Of a stretch of 64,000 nt of DNA, positions 14,352-26,295 are shown in pieces. The position numbers and the translations under genes are program-made. Source of the stretch: Octopus bimaculoides (Eukaryota). Each line of letters starts with the position of its first letter. The first letter of the stretch is position 1. A model generated the notes under the pieces. It ran no database searches, was not told where the DNA came from, and saw only the letters and a list, made by a program, of their open reading frames with translations. The stretch is taken from assembly GCF_001194135.2 (NCBI RefSeq), contig NC_068991.1, positions 26,712,052 through 26,776,051 of the forward strand, in the 5' to 3' direction.

Positions 14352-15587
14352 CAAGGTACGCAAAGGTATTTGAGGACATACTTTTTTGAGTCATTGCTGC
14401 ACATTTTCAAACTCTGTATAATCTTTGTTTCAGAAAATAATAATGGCACGCTCTCAGCTTACTCAAGAAAGGAAGAGGCATGCTGTTATTGCGGTTATAA
14501 AGGCTGAGCATAGCGATTTAGAAATCTCGATTGTTAAAAGCTGCCAGATCTTTCGTCAACAAAGTTTGTAAGGAGCTATAGACTGAAGATAGAACTGTAT
14601 CACCAGTATCAAAGCATAAAAAGCATTCTAAACGCTCTGAGATCCTCAGAACACCTGAATTTATCCAGAAAGTTCAACAGACGATTGATTACTATCCCAG
14701 AAAGTCCATGAGGTTAATTGCATAAGATCTCCATGTGTCAGAAAGAACAGTCAGAAATGTTGTCCACGGAGACATTAGATGTAAGTTTCATATGATGAGG
14801 AAAGGTCAATTTGTCAGAAAAAGCAAAGAAAAATCACTACATCAGATTTAAAAGACTCTTAAACAAACTGAAAAATCCATCATCAGAAGATTTGATTTGG
14901 TTTTTCTCAACCGAGAAAAACTTCAGCCAAGATCAAAAAGTTAACAGAAGAACTGGCAGGTAGTTATGTGCAGACCCTTCTGAAGTTCCAAGTTTTATGC
15001 ATACAAAACAAAATTGTCTGCAACTGTCATGGTTTTGGGGTTGTTAGCAATGAAGGACATGTGATGCCTCTTTACTTCTTTCCACATGGCCTTAGAGTTG
15101 ACGCTGTCGCCTATATTGAGGTCCTGGAAATAATTGTTAAACCCTGGATAGACATCGAATGCAATATGGTTCAGTAAGACTTTGCACTATTATACTAGGC
15201 TCTAGTAACACAGGAATGGATGGCTGAAATGTTTCATGATCACAGAACCCCTGTGACCATCTGCCCTCTTAATTCCCCAGATCACAATCTATTGGACTAT
15301 TATATGCGGAGCGTGGTTGAGATAGAGGTCAATGAACACGCTCATAGCATCAAAGATTCTTTGAAAGCTACCATAGTCAGAGTAATGTCCAAGATGAACC
15401 AAAACGACTTGATTCGAGCATGTAGATGATTTAGATCTCATTTAGAAGCAGTTGTTGAAGCTGTAGATGGTTTTATTGAATAACATTGTAGAATAGAATG
15501 TTTATTTTTATCATCTTTTGATATATATTGTTTTTTTTCTTTTTTTTTATAAACATAAACCTGTCCTCAAATATCTTACGCACCCTA
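14352..15587 (+). mobile_element. maT/DD37D-type Tc1/mariner element, full length, pseudogenised
   Basis: Frames give LRTPEFIQKV..RKSMRLIA.DLHVSERTVRNVV, WFFSTEKNFSQDQKVNRR, VVSNEGHVMP, PLNSPDHNLLDYY, LEAVVEAVDGFIE. TIRs TA|CAAGGTACGCAAAGGTATTTGAGGACA vs TA|TAGGGTGCGTAAGATATTTGAGGACA; TA TSD. Confidence 0.88.
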
Positions 15588-18277
15588 TATAATGAAGAAA
15601 TAGAAAGTTATTCTTAGACGCATGGAGGGTGGAGGCAGGAATATTCTCGTGCAATTTGCCTCCAATCACACCTTGCCTATTTTAAAATGGAAAGAAGCAA
15701 TGGCTAGTGTGGTCGTAGAAACATTGTTTTAAAACAGATGAAGTAGTCAAGGTTGGAACGCCATTTCGATCATTGATCTTGATCTGACCACCACTGAGTG
15801 AGTCTAAACAAAACCATCAAATAATTTATTTTGAGGTATATCTTAACTCTTTGGAAACAGTTAAGTACATTTCCGTCGCTTTGGAGATTGTGTAAGCATC
15901 ATTCACTTCAATCTCGATACTAGATGATGCCAAAACTGTTACCTGTGTATAACCTAGTGACGCTCATTTTATCACGATATAACAGATTGTCAATATCACG
16001 GACTGCCCTCAATGTTACCTCTATATTTCATTCTGCTGCCAAAGTTAACTTATTACAGCGCCGTCATAACGACCACAATAATACTGACTGTCAACAACTT
16101 TTAAATTTATATGTAATTTTACTAGGGACAACTGGAAGATGAACAGGTATGGATTTTAAGAAATAATTGTAATTACATGCACGTTTCTCGTCATGATGTG
16201 AATAAATATTCCTGCACAAGCTGCCAGCGATACGATATTCTTTTATATCTGTCAGTCGAAGAGTTTTAGAAAATCTTTTCTAAATAAAACGAATTACGAT
16301 TTTAGGTTTCCTATTGATATAACTAACACTCCCTCGAGGTAGAGAGGGAATCATTGCTGTCACAGTCATATTCTTCAACAAATCATAACTGTCTTGAGGA
16401 ATTTCATTACAGTGTCACCAATAATCTTCCACCAAGCATAAATGATAGTTTTAAGAATTGAAGTACTTAGATAATGTTATCGTACCAATACGAAAATATG
16501 GTTTGGTTGTGGATGGAACAACTGGAAGTCTTTGATTATTTGTTTGTGGAATCAAAGCTGATCATCTGGGTTTCAAAATTATTAATAGAAACATCAACTA
16601 ATAATTCTAAATCTTAAAGTTCAACGTTATCAAATAGTGTTATTGCTGCTATTAGATTGAATGTAAATTTGATCAAATAATTCTTTGATTAAAAGCATTT
16701 CCCATATCACCTCCTTTCTCGTTTGTCGTGCATAGTGTACGAAGAAATACATAAAATTCTTTCGATTCTTTAAGACTTTAGGGTGTAGTTTAACGGAGAT
16801 GTAATTCGTTTAATTGTAGGTCTAGTTTCGACGTACGTGATCTGTGATTGGTTCCATGAAATATGGTTATATTGTTGGCCAAATATTATCTTTCATGTAT
16901 TCCAATCGGAATAAAGGAAATTATTGTATATTAAAACAGATACTTAGGATCGACGCAATGAAGAACTTGAGGACAAAGGACATTTCTTTTTATTTTGAGA
17001 AACGCTTCTTTCGATATTAACATGAAAGAAAATTCCGCTGAGTAATATCAACTGAGAGATTATAGTTGATAGGAAACTTTTAAATACATATGAAACAATT
17101 AATATCTTCTAAACTCTGTTATATTACAATGTTATACATATTTTCAGTATTTTATTTAATAATACAATCACAGTTTCATTGGTCAGTCAAATAAATTGAG
17201 TTTAGACTGTATGGATATATTAAATACCGTGATTATGCAAAAGTGCTCTTTGCAGCTACTGATGTACAATACATGCTACTAAAAGCTGTTTGTTTTTAAA
17301 GAGCGTCTGTTAATCATTTGGGCAACATTATCCTTTTTTACCCTAGGAATCTGATATCTGAAACTATCAACAACACTCCCATTTACTCCCTTATATGTTT
17401 CTACATGCTGGCATTATTGATTTTTTCTTTTATAACTTGAGAAATTTGGTGTTCTTCTGCAAAAAAAAATGAGTCATAAAGTCTTCCAAATATTCTAAAT
17501 TCATTCGACATAATGCATTTATTTGATCAGGTATTCGTGTTCTTGCGTTTATATGCGGTTTCAATGTCCGTACATTTAGAGATCGTATTTGCATCTTAAC
17601 TGCGCATTTCGTCAAATACTCATTTGTTATCGTGCGAAACCTTGCAAAAAAACAAGGCAATGAGATAACTTGATATGGTTTAATTGTGTATTTGCTACAT
17701 ATTCCTCCACAAATATTACAACATATCATGGTTTCTAACACGATATATGATATATTAATATTTCCCATTTCTGGATTCAGAACAAGCTCCCATTTGAGGC
17801 AGGAATATACAGATCATCGATAAAACATTCTGTTAACTTCTTCATTGTTGCTGTAATAATTTAGGGGTCAGGTCTTCGCTGAAGAAATAAATGTAGTATC
17901 ATGAGCCAATGATATATACTTCAATTATACACCACTACCGATAATTCTTAGAATGCATTCTGTGATAAATATTACATTCTGTGATAAATAGTCATGTTTT
18001 GTTAAAAATTAAGTCTACTGCACCTATATATAGAGTTTATTGCCATTGATATTGTACGTCACACCAACTTATCTCAAAATTATCTATATTGTTTTCAATG
18101 CATTCTATCTACAGAACGTCTTACTGTATTGAACGAATTGTATCGTCTTATGACATTCATGATTCTAAACGAATTACGCTGCACATGGAATATTTCTATT
18201 ACATACAGGTTTATAGCGTAGTGGTTAAGAGCGCGGGCTACTAACCCCAAGATTCCGAGTTCGATTCCACGCAGTAA

Positions 18278-18309
<32 letters not shown>

Positions 18310-18356
18310 TCGAAAAATACCTTAAGAATGAGAACCCAGGTTCGAAATTTTAACAA

Positions 18357-18402
18357 AACACCTGATGAAAGCTGGAGGGTATATCAGCCGAAACGTTGTG
18401 TT
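18357..18402 (+). ncRNA. Type I hammerhead ribozyme motif, copy 1 (stem II base mismatch)
   Basis: AACAC-CTGATGA-A-AGCTG-gagggtatat-CAGCC-GAAAC-GTT-GTGTT: stem I AACAC/GTGTT, core CUGAUGA and GAAA, minimal palindromic stem III ACGU, predicted cut after 18397. Confidence 0.75.
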
Positions 18403-18566
18403 AACAACAAACAAGATGAAGACAATTATCCATCAAATGTAAATAATGTAACGTCGAGGTATATGGAAATGAATATTATTTACATTTGACGGATATTTGT
18501 CCTCATCTTAACAATAACATCGAAAAATACCCCAGGAATGAGAACCCAGGTTCGAAATTTCCCCAA

Positions 18567-18612
18567 GACACCTGATGAAGGCTGGAAGGTATATCAGCTG
18601 AAACGTTGTGTT
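18567..18612 (+). ncRNA. Type I hammerhead ribozyme motif, copy 2
   Basis: GACAC-CTGATGA-A-GGCTG-gaaggtatat-CAGCT-GAAAC-GTT-GTGTT: stem I 4 WC + G.U, stem II 4 WC + G.U, predicted cut after 18607. Confidence 0.78.
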
Positions 18613-21124
18613 AACAACAAACAAGATGAGGACAAATATCCGTCAAGTGTAAATAATGTAAATAGTATGGGTGCATACGGTTTTGTCAAAAATGAAGATT
18701 ACACTGCTAATTATTTTTCCCAAATGCACTGTTTTTAAAGAAAGTCGACGTAAACGCAACTAGATTTATTATGATCTCGTGTCAGCTTCATTTGAATTGT
18801 GCTTAGATAAATGATAAGACCTGATACTTACTACTAGTATGTGTATTTAATTATAGTTTCTTGTATCTTCAGTCGTATGTAATCGTGAGCATATTAGGGA
18901 TAGTGTAAAACGCATCCGAAAAGCAACCAAATAGTTTCCGTCCACACACTTTCGTTAACAGGCACGTGTACTCTACAAGCTGCTTTAAAAGATAGATACA
19001 CAAGATTCTTTTCATTGAAATGGAATCTAAGGCCTCACCGCGAAGTGAATATGTTAACAACTCTCGCCATGACAACTCCGCACATACTCTCATTAAAGTA
19101 TATATGTGGACGAATACTGATACAGGGATACCAAATTAATCATATTAGAGATAGTGAAATTAAATAGTGGAGAAATAGAAACTGATAGGGTTGTACTGAA
19201 TCAGTCAAATATTAAACAGAAAAAAGGGAAGGAAGAATATCTCGCTGTAAAGGAGGAGACTGCACGTATATACAACTTTTGTTTCTGATATTTCAGTTAG
19301 GAACAGGATCCTTTTTAATCTGGCAGTGAATTTCTTTGGTAAATCTCAGTTATCTTCTCTTCAGACGATACGAACATATCTGGATATCTGTTTTTGTGAA
19401 TATATTTAATTGATGTCATTTCGTTTCTCTATGATTTTATTACTTCTCATATACATTTAAGTATACTAGATTTGTTACGTTTAACTGAAATTGCTGCTTA
19501 AAATGTCTATTTCAGTTCATGCATAAACAAACACGCATACATGCATACATATACATCGCAATCAGCATCTGGACATATGTATGAATATCGGTATATTTAT
19601 ACATATATGTGTGTGTGTGTGTGTGTGTGTGCGTGTGTGTATGTATGTATATTACTATTGATTACTGCATATGCATTTCATTTCTTATTCCAAATTGATG
19701 AACATCCCTCTGTGACATTGGACGCTGTATTCAAAAAAGTTTTATGGTAATTACCACTAAAAATACTTATCTGTAAAATAAGATTTCTATCCGAAATTTC
19801 CATTAAGAGGGAAGATAAGACATGAATCATGCACACACTGACGCACACACGAAAATTACCATATCAAAATAATTTGCGAATGAAATCGAGAGTAAAAAAT
19901 AATGTTCTATCCTATCTTTTAAAGAATTATTCTGTCGAGTCATGAAGAGTTACTCAGCGAATCGCTAGGGTGTGTGCTTCGCTTTTGTTCTCAGTTCAAA
20001 TCAGATACTTTGCTTTTCATTTTGCTGGGAGCGATTAAATAACATTCAGTCCAAACTTGAGTGTCATAAAATTGACAATCCCGTACCTCGTCTTGCGTAA
20101 ATTTGTTCAAAAAGTAGTAGTCTTTATTAGATACATTACATTTCAGCACTGAAACGGTTAATACATCGAGTGTGTTTCGATTTCTTTTCGTAAGTTCACT
20201 TCCTTTAATCAATGATCCTGTTTTGAAATGATTGCGCATTACAACTTAACTTGTATTTTAATATGAAAGCCATGTTTTGAGAAAATAAACATTCCTCAGG
20301 ATTCAAATAATCAAATAAAACCGATCCAAAATCTCACTATCTGAATTCGTATATTGTAAATTCTATTGTAATAAGGATAGGTTTTATGACCTCTTCAAAA
20401 ATGTAAATTTTGTTTTGCGTTGTTAATGGCCCACAATTAAATTTATAACGGCGTTGTCTCATCTACACTGAACTAAATAGGTTACTCATCATTATATTAG
20501 TTCATTGCTGTTGTAAAAGAACTGCCTCTGGTATATATTTTTCGTAGATTCTTGTGATAACCTTAAGTATTTCTATGGATATATGTTGCACATTTCTGTC
20601 TCCTGAAATTATTCAAACAAACACAACATCCTGTATGTATCTAGTACTAGAGAATGAAGAAATTAGTCTAAATGTCAGACATGTTGTTGACAAATTTACC
20701 TTATCTTTGATATTAATTTGTTGTTGACAATGAAAGAAGAATCTGTACTATAAGAAAAAGAGTTATTGATATTTTCTTCGTGAAATTAACAGCTTAAATA
20801 GATTTAAAATACTTAAGTTTATATCGCATATTGCATGTCAGTTGCTCTGTTGCCTTAAACTACAAGTTATCGCTAGATAAAATCGTTTCCTTTTCCAAGA
20901 AAAATAATTCTTTGTATGCTTGAAACAAAATGTCATACTAAAGCTCAAATATATATAAACCATGGGAAGTGATTTCGATGTTACCTTATATATATACATA
21001 AGAAACTTACCAATGATACTTGTACGATACTTTTGAAATATTTCTACGTGGCATGTTATTTGTATTATATCTATATCTGTTTTTACATATATTTTTGTAT
21101 GTATATTCTATGTATACAGCAAAT

Positions 21125-21445
21125 TCATCATATATATATATATGTGTGTGTGTGTGAGTGTGCGTGTGTGTGTGTATACGTGCGTGTGTGTGTGTGTGTG
21201 CGTATGTGTGTGTGGGTATGTGTGTGTGTACGCACGCGCTTGTGTGTGCGTGCGTGTATGTGCATGCGTGTGAGCGTGTGCTTGTGTACGTGTATGTATA
21301 TATGGTTCAAATGTACAGAAAACAAAAGACAAAGACGGCAGAGTAACAACACGCATGCGTATCAGTTTGACACTCGGGAAGAATAGAACAGTTTTTGACC
21401 TTCGAGCCAACGATCTCCGACATAAATGGAAATGTGTTAAATAAA

Positions 21446-21491
<46 letters not shown>

Positions 21492-21509
21492 NNNNNNNNN
21501 NGAGAGAGA

Positions 21510-21541
<32 letters not shown>

Positions 21542-21550
21542 CACACACAC
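21125..21550. repeat. Compound (TA)n/(GT)n and (GA)n microsatellites with 10-N gap (21492-21501)
   Basis: Direct inspection. Confidence 0.93.
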
Positions 21551-23284
21551 AGACTGCCAGACGGACAGACATAGAAACATACATGTTTGTGTGCGAGTGT
21601 ATATGTATTGTATATATTCTGTATGTGATAGGGAAGAGTGCACTCAGCAATATCATGAGAGTAAGGTCAGTCATGTACACAGTGTTTATACGAAAATATT
21701 TGCCAGAGTTTTTTGTAAACATTTACCGGTGCCATGCGCGACAGAAACTGTACATCAAATAAGAATGTACAACCTTCTAAAATTCTTTATGCGACGGAAG
21801 TAGTCGTCATAAATAAATCTGTTTGGCAATTCTGACTAAGTAAGCAAATATGTAAAATAAATTTTAGTGGAAACCTTCAATTATTGTAGGATGTCTTAAC
21901 ACATTTTAATATAGAGCTTAGTATATTGTAGTAAGATACACCAAAAAATAATCGAGTAGTTTTTAGGTGTAGCTGACCAATTTAGAATTAAAATAACTAC
22001 TGCACGATATACTCGCTGTTGCTTATCTGCCAACATCATTGTGATGTGAGTGTGGTGGAGATATATAAATCTCTAATAAACAAATAGACAGAACAAATTG
22101 CGTTCGTTATATACTGGTATTGATCATTGGCACAAAAACATGAATCACTGATTTGTAGTGTTGAAATGATATCTCCCTCGCAAATATAGACTGAAAAAGG
22201 CTGACTGCATTAACCCAAATTATGTCGTGATGCATCTCCATGCGACTGATTGACAAAATTAACGTTATATGTATTGAATAGAGTGACTCGAGAAGAGAAG
22301 CTATATGTAATCATGTGATCTTCTAGAAATAACAAGTAAATCATCCAATTGTATCGTAGCAGCTTGTAAAAGAATCTGACGTTGGATAATGTGATGTGTG
22401 GATACATTATAATATATCTGGAAACAAAGCAGAATGGTCGTGTCTGGAATATTTTTGATTACACATCTACGTGAGCAGGAATAATCCGAGCCAAAGAAAA
22501 ACAAAGGCAATAAGAAGAGTAACATATTGCAAGGAATGCTTCTATTCATATCTCATGCATTCTAATATTTGCTTCAGAATGACAACGCATTGCAATCTTT
22601 CATCATTTCCATATAAATTTATTGGTTTATTCCTTTCGGGACAGTTTAAGTTCAATTGGCAGTTCATGGAGACATGAATATTTCCCAGACTGCTGCTGTT
22701 GCTACCACAGTTTATAATGGACATCTGCAGTTCTTGCTATCACACAATGTTTATCTCCTCACCTCCAGCATGTTCAAGTTCACAGTTCTATTCATTATAC
22801 ACAATGAATGTTCTGTTCTGGGTTATTGCAGTTAGCGTCATTTCAATTTAATATAAACATTAATCTGCTAAGGTAAATCGAGCTGATATATAGACACGTT
22901 GAGATTCATATAATGCAATCATCTTTGAACTACATATTTTGCGTATCTTATATGATATTACTGGTATCAGTGCCCACACACACACACATATACATATATA
23001 TACAGAGAGAGAGAGGGGGAGAAAGGATGAATAAGACAGACAGAGGGTTTTATATGCGTATATATGCATATGTATGTACACACACACACACACACACACA
23101 CACAGATATATAAGGAGATTGTTCCAAAGCACTCCTTTTAAATGTTTAACTATTAAAGGCTAAATATCTCTACAATTACACCCTCTACTCTCTAAATACA
23201 TTAAATTTAGAAGATTATTGATGATTTTGAGCTATAAAATAACGAAAATATCTTTCATTTCTTCACTAATCTGTGTTCAAATAT

Positions 23285-23674
23285 TGTTGTTGTTGTTGTT
23301 GTTGTTGGCACTCCGTCGCTTACGACGTCGAGGGTTCCAGTTGATCCAATAAACGGAACAGCCTGCTCGTGAAATTAGCGTGCAAGTGACTGAGCACTCC
23401 ACAGAAACGTATACCCTTAGCGTAGTTCTCGGGGATATTCAGCGTGACAAGGCTGGCCCTTTGAAATACAGGTACAATAGAAACAGAAACAAAGAGTGAG
23501 AGAAAGTTGTGGTGGAAGAGTACAGCAGGTTTCGCCACCATCCCCTCCCGGAGCCTCGTGGAGCTTTAGGTGTTTTCGCTCAATAAACACTCACAACGCC
23601 CGGTCTCAGAAACGAAACCGCGATTCTATGACCGCGAGACCGCTGCCCTAACTACTGGGCTATTGCGCCTCCAC
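23285..23674 (-). mobile_element. tRNA-derived SINE family A, copy 2
   Basis: Same structure as 6895-7268; perfect 12-bp TSD gtgttcaaatat (23273-23284 / 23675-23686). Confidence 0.95.
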
Positions 23675-24689
23675 GTGTTCAAATATATATAGAGAGATTT
23701 AGATTAAATAAATGTTAGTCATTAAATAGCTAGACTGAATGAGGAGGTATGCTTTCTAATATAATAGATTGGTTTCAGTCTCTTCCAGTTATCTGTTATA
23801 TCACCAATAACCCCTTTACGATGTGAAATTAGCTCAATGCAGTACTGAATGTTCCTCAGAGGAGGAACAAAGCACCCATTGCACGTTCTAGAACTACTGT
23901 AACTGGGAAAATAATACAGACATGGGGTTAACATTATATCCGGAGCCTTCCAACTGTGAGAATTCTAATGAAAACGATTGGCGTTAAGTGGTTATGCGAA
24001 GCCTGTTGATACACTAAGGTTACTTTACGCAGATCTTTACCAAATTTCAATCATTGGGATTTACTTAATATGATGCTATAAAAGAAGATATGCACCTAAT
24101 GAACCACATAATGAGATCAAACCAAAAATCAACTGCAATCGAGCGTCTTAGGAAACAGTTATATTTGCGAGTTGCAATCAATATAGATGTTTAGTGCAAT
24201 CAGATATTAATTGTACAATAACAGCCTAGACATTGTTTGACAAAACTGAACGATTAGATAACGCCGCCAGAGAAATTGTCATCTCTTAAGATTTAGATGA
24301 AATTTAGATCTTGATTTAATATATACCACGTACCGTATAAGTATATAAATATTATGACATGTAATATCTTTCAACAGCTAAACGCATACATAATGCTCTG
24401 GCTGTGACTGTATGCTCGGTTTAATCCCTGCAATGTATACTGCTGTATAGAAAAAAACTGGCCCATGGAAAACGAACTACTTATTTAGATATTCAAAGTG
24501 AACACCATGTAATTAACTACTGAATCATAGGCGCGTGCGCAGATATTTAATGTGCCCATGTTTGAAATACAGAGTAAGTCTGTTCATTTTTGATGTAATA
24601 AATATAACTATCCAGTCTAGAAAACGTATTAGTTCAATATTAAAAAATGTTACCACTGAATTATATTAAAAATGTTACCAGTGAATTAT

Positions 24690-25304
24690 ATCTTTTACAT
24701 TTTATCTTTTACATTTTATCTTTTACATTTGATCTTTTACGTTTGATCTTTTACATTTTACTTGTTTCAGTTATTAGACTGCAGACATGCTGGGGCGCCG
24801 ACTTCAGTACATTTAGTCAAATTAATCGACCCCAGTACTTATATTTGTATACCTGGTACTTGCTACATCGGTTTGTTTTTGCAGAACTGCTAAGTTACGT
24901 GGACGTTGGTACACCAACATCGGTTGGCAAGCAGTGGGAAGGGGCCAGACAGCAAGACATAGACACAGACACAGACACACAGAAGCACAAACACATACAC
25001 ACACACAGAAACCCACATATACATACGCACGTACGCACATACGCACACACACGCACAAACACATTCACACTCACACACATACACCCACACACACACACTT
25101 ACACACACACACATACACACACGCACGCACACATAAACACAGTCCAGCCTCCTTTCAGTTTCCGTCTACCAAATCCACTCACAAATCATTGGTCGATCCG
25201 AGGCTATAGTAGAAGACATTTGTCCAAGGTGCCACGCAGTGGAACTGAACAGGGAAACATATAGTATGAAAGTAGATTTCTTACTACACAACCACCCCTG
25301 CGCC
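24690..25304 (-). mobile_element. tRNA-derived SINE family C with internal CA-rich microsatellite, full length
   Basis: Head GGCGCAGG..GTTCAGTTCCACTGCGTGGCACCTTGG, core GTGGATTTGGTAGACGGAAACTGAAAG, internal (CA)-rich tract, 3' body; tail expanded into a 14-bp TTTTACATTTTATC-type tandem unit. Confidence 0.88.
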
Positions 25305-25349
25305 TAAAAGAACAAACCGATAATGCCAATTCAAGATGCAGTTTGCATC

Positions 25350-26295
25350 GCCCGGTCTCCGGCCAGCGATGATCTTTCTTTCTTATGTCCACCTCCTGTG
25401 TTCCAGCACTTCATGTAAGCCAGCTCAATTTCACTCGTTCACAGTCGAAAGACACCTGTTGTTATTTTCTTCTTGTTTGTATTTGTAATTGTGCACCGTG
25501 TTCTCCGTTTTTTTTGTCTTTGTTGCCGTACATATTCGCTACCGTTCTTACAAAAAGGGCTAATGCTCTTAGCTTAGATTTTTCAGGGGGCAACCAGATC
25601 GAACTGTCTCAAGTATAACTGCCCGAAACAGTTATGACTTCTGGTACTTGACTGAGGAAAGAAGGCCACGAATGACCCGTCTTTTTCCCCCCTTCTAATT
25701 GTTGTTTCTCTTGTCTGCATTTGTATAGTCTATCTGTCTCAATATTTTATTGTCTTCTATGGCGTTTTTTGTTCCATTTTTTATATTTCTATATACATAT
25801 ATATAGCGCCTTATGTACACACTTGTGCTCACCATATAGTAGGTATGTATCTAAATTTTATACGACTCTTACTCTATCTTTTAGTTCTCCACATACTTTC
25901 TTCCTCTTTTCTTTTTCTCGCTTCCCCTCTCTCTCACATTTCTTGGCCCTCTCTTTCTTTAACTACCACTATTTCTCCCACGATTATCTCCCCTGTACCT
26001 TTCCCTTTGTTTCTGTTTTTTTTCTAATCCTTCAATCCCGCTGCCCCAACCCCTCTCTCCTCCTTCCACGTGACTAGTGCTCGACCAGCCATGATCTTTC
26101 TTTCTTGACCTGACTGCCGATCACCAACACCTCTTATGTCCCTCTCCTGTGTTCCTGCCTTTAGGCTTCTAAGCCAGCTTAATTTGAATCGTTCTCAGTC
26201 GAAAGACACCTGTTGTTATTTTCTTGTGTGTATTTGTAATTGTGTACCATGTTGTCCGTTTTTGTCTTTGCTGTCTTACAAAAAGGGCTAATGTG
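25350..26295 (+). repeat. Direct repeat pair (~220 bp: 25350-25565 and 26080-26295) around a pyrimidine-rich spacer
   Basis: Shared blocks gatctttctttctt, ctcctgtgttcc, aagccagct.aattt, cagtcgaaagacacctgttgttattttctt, cttacaaaaagggctaatg; the first copy lacks ~27 bp. A retroelement terminal repeat (Penelope pLTR-like) is inferred. Confidence 0.8.

Larger units (their letters stand above)
18208..18665 (+). mobile_element. tRNA-headed SINE-like element with duplicated hammerhead-containing 3' module
   Basis: 18208-18279 is tRNA-like (AGCGTAGTGGTTAAGAGCGC A box/D arm; GAGTTCGATTCC B box/T arm), followed by an (AAT)n linker. A ~150-bp module occurs twice (about 18305-18450 and 18515-18665), with an inverted 35-bp piece of it at 18475-18509. 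Confidence 0.85.

Noticed and set aside
16320-16720. PQGS-like motif suggesting a LINE RT on the minus strand
   Set aside because: Motif order is inconsistent with RT domain order and no YADD is recoverable.
18208-18279. Apparent tRNA gene
   Set aside because: The acceptor and T stems pair poorly and it runs straight into a repeat body; interpreted as a SINE head, not a functional tRNA.
25610-25690. GAAAC..GTA..CTGAGGA in type II hammerhead order
   Set aside because: Stem III has an extra G before the UH, stem I cannot pair and stem II is not adjacent; motif order alone is insufficient.
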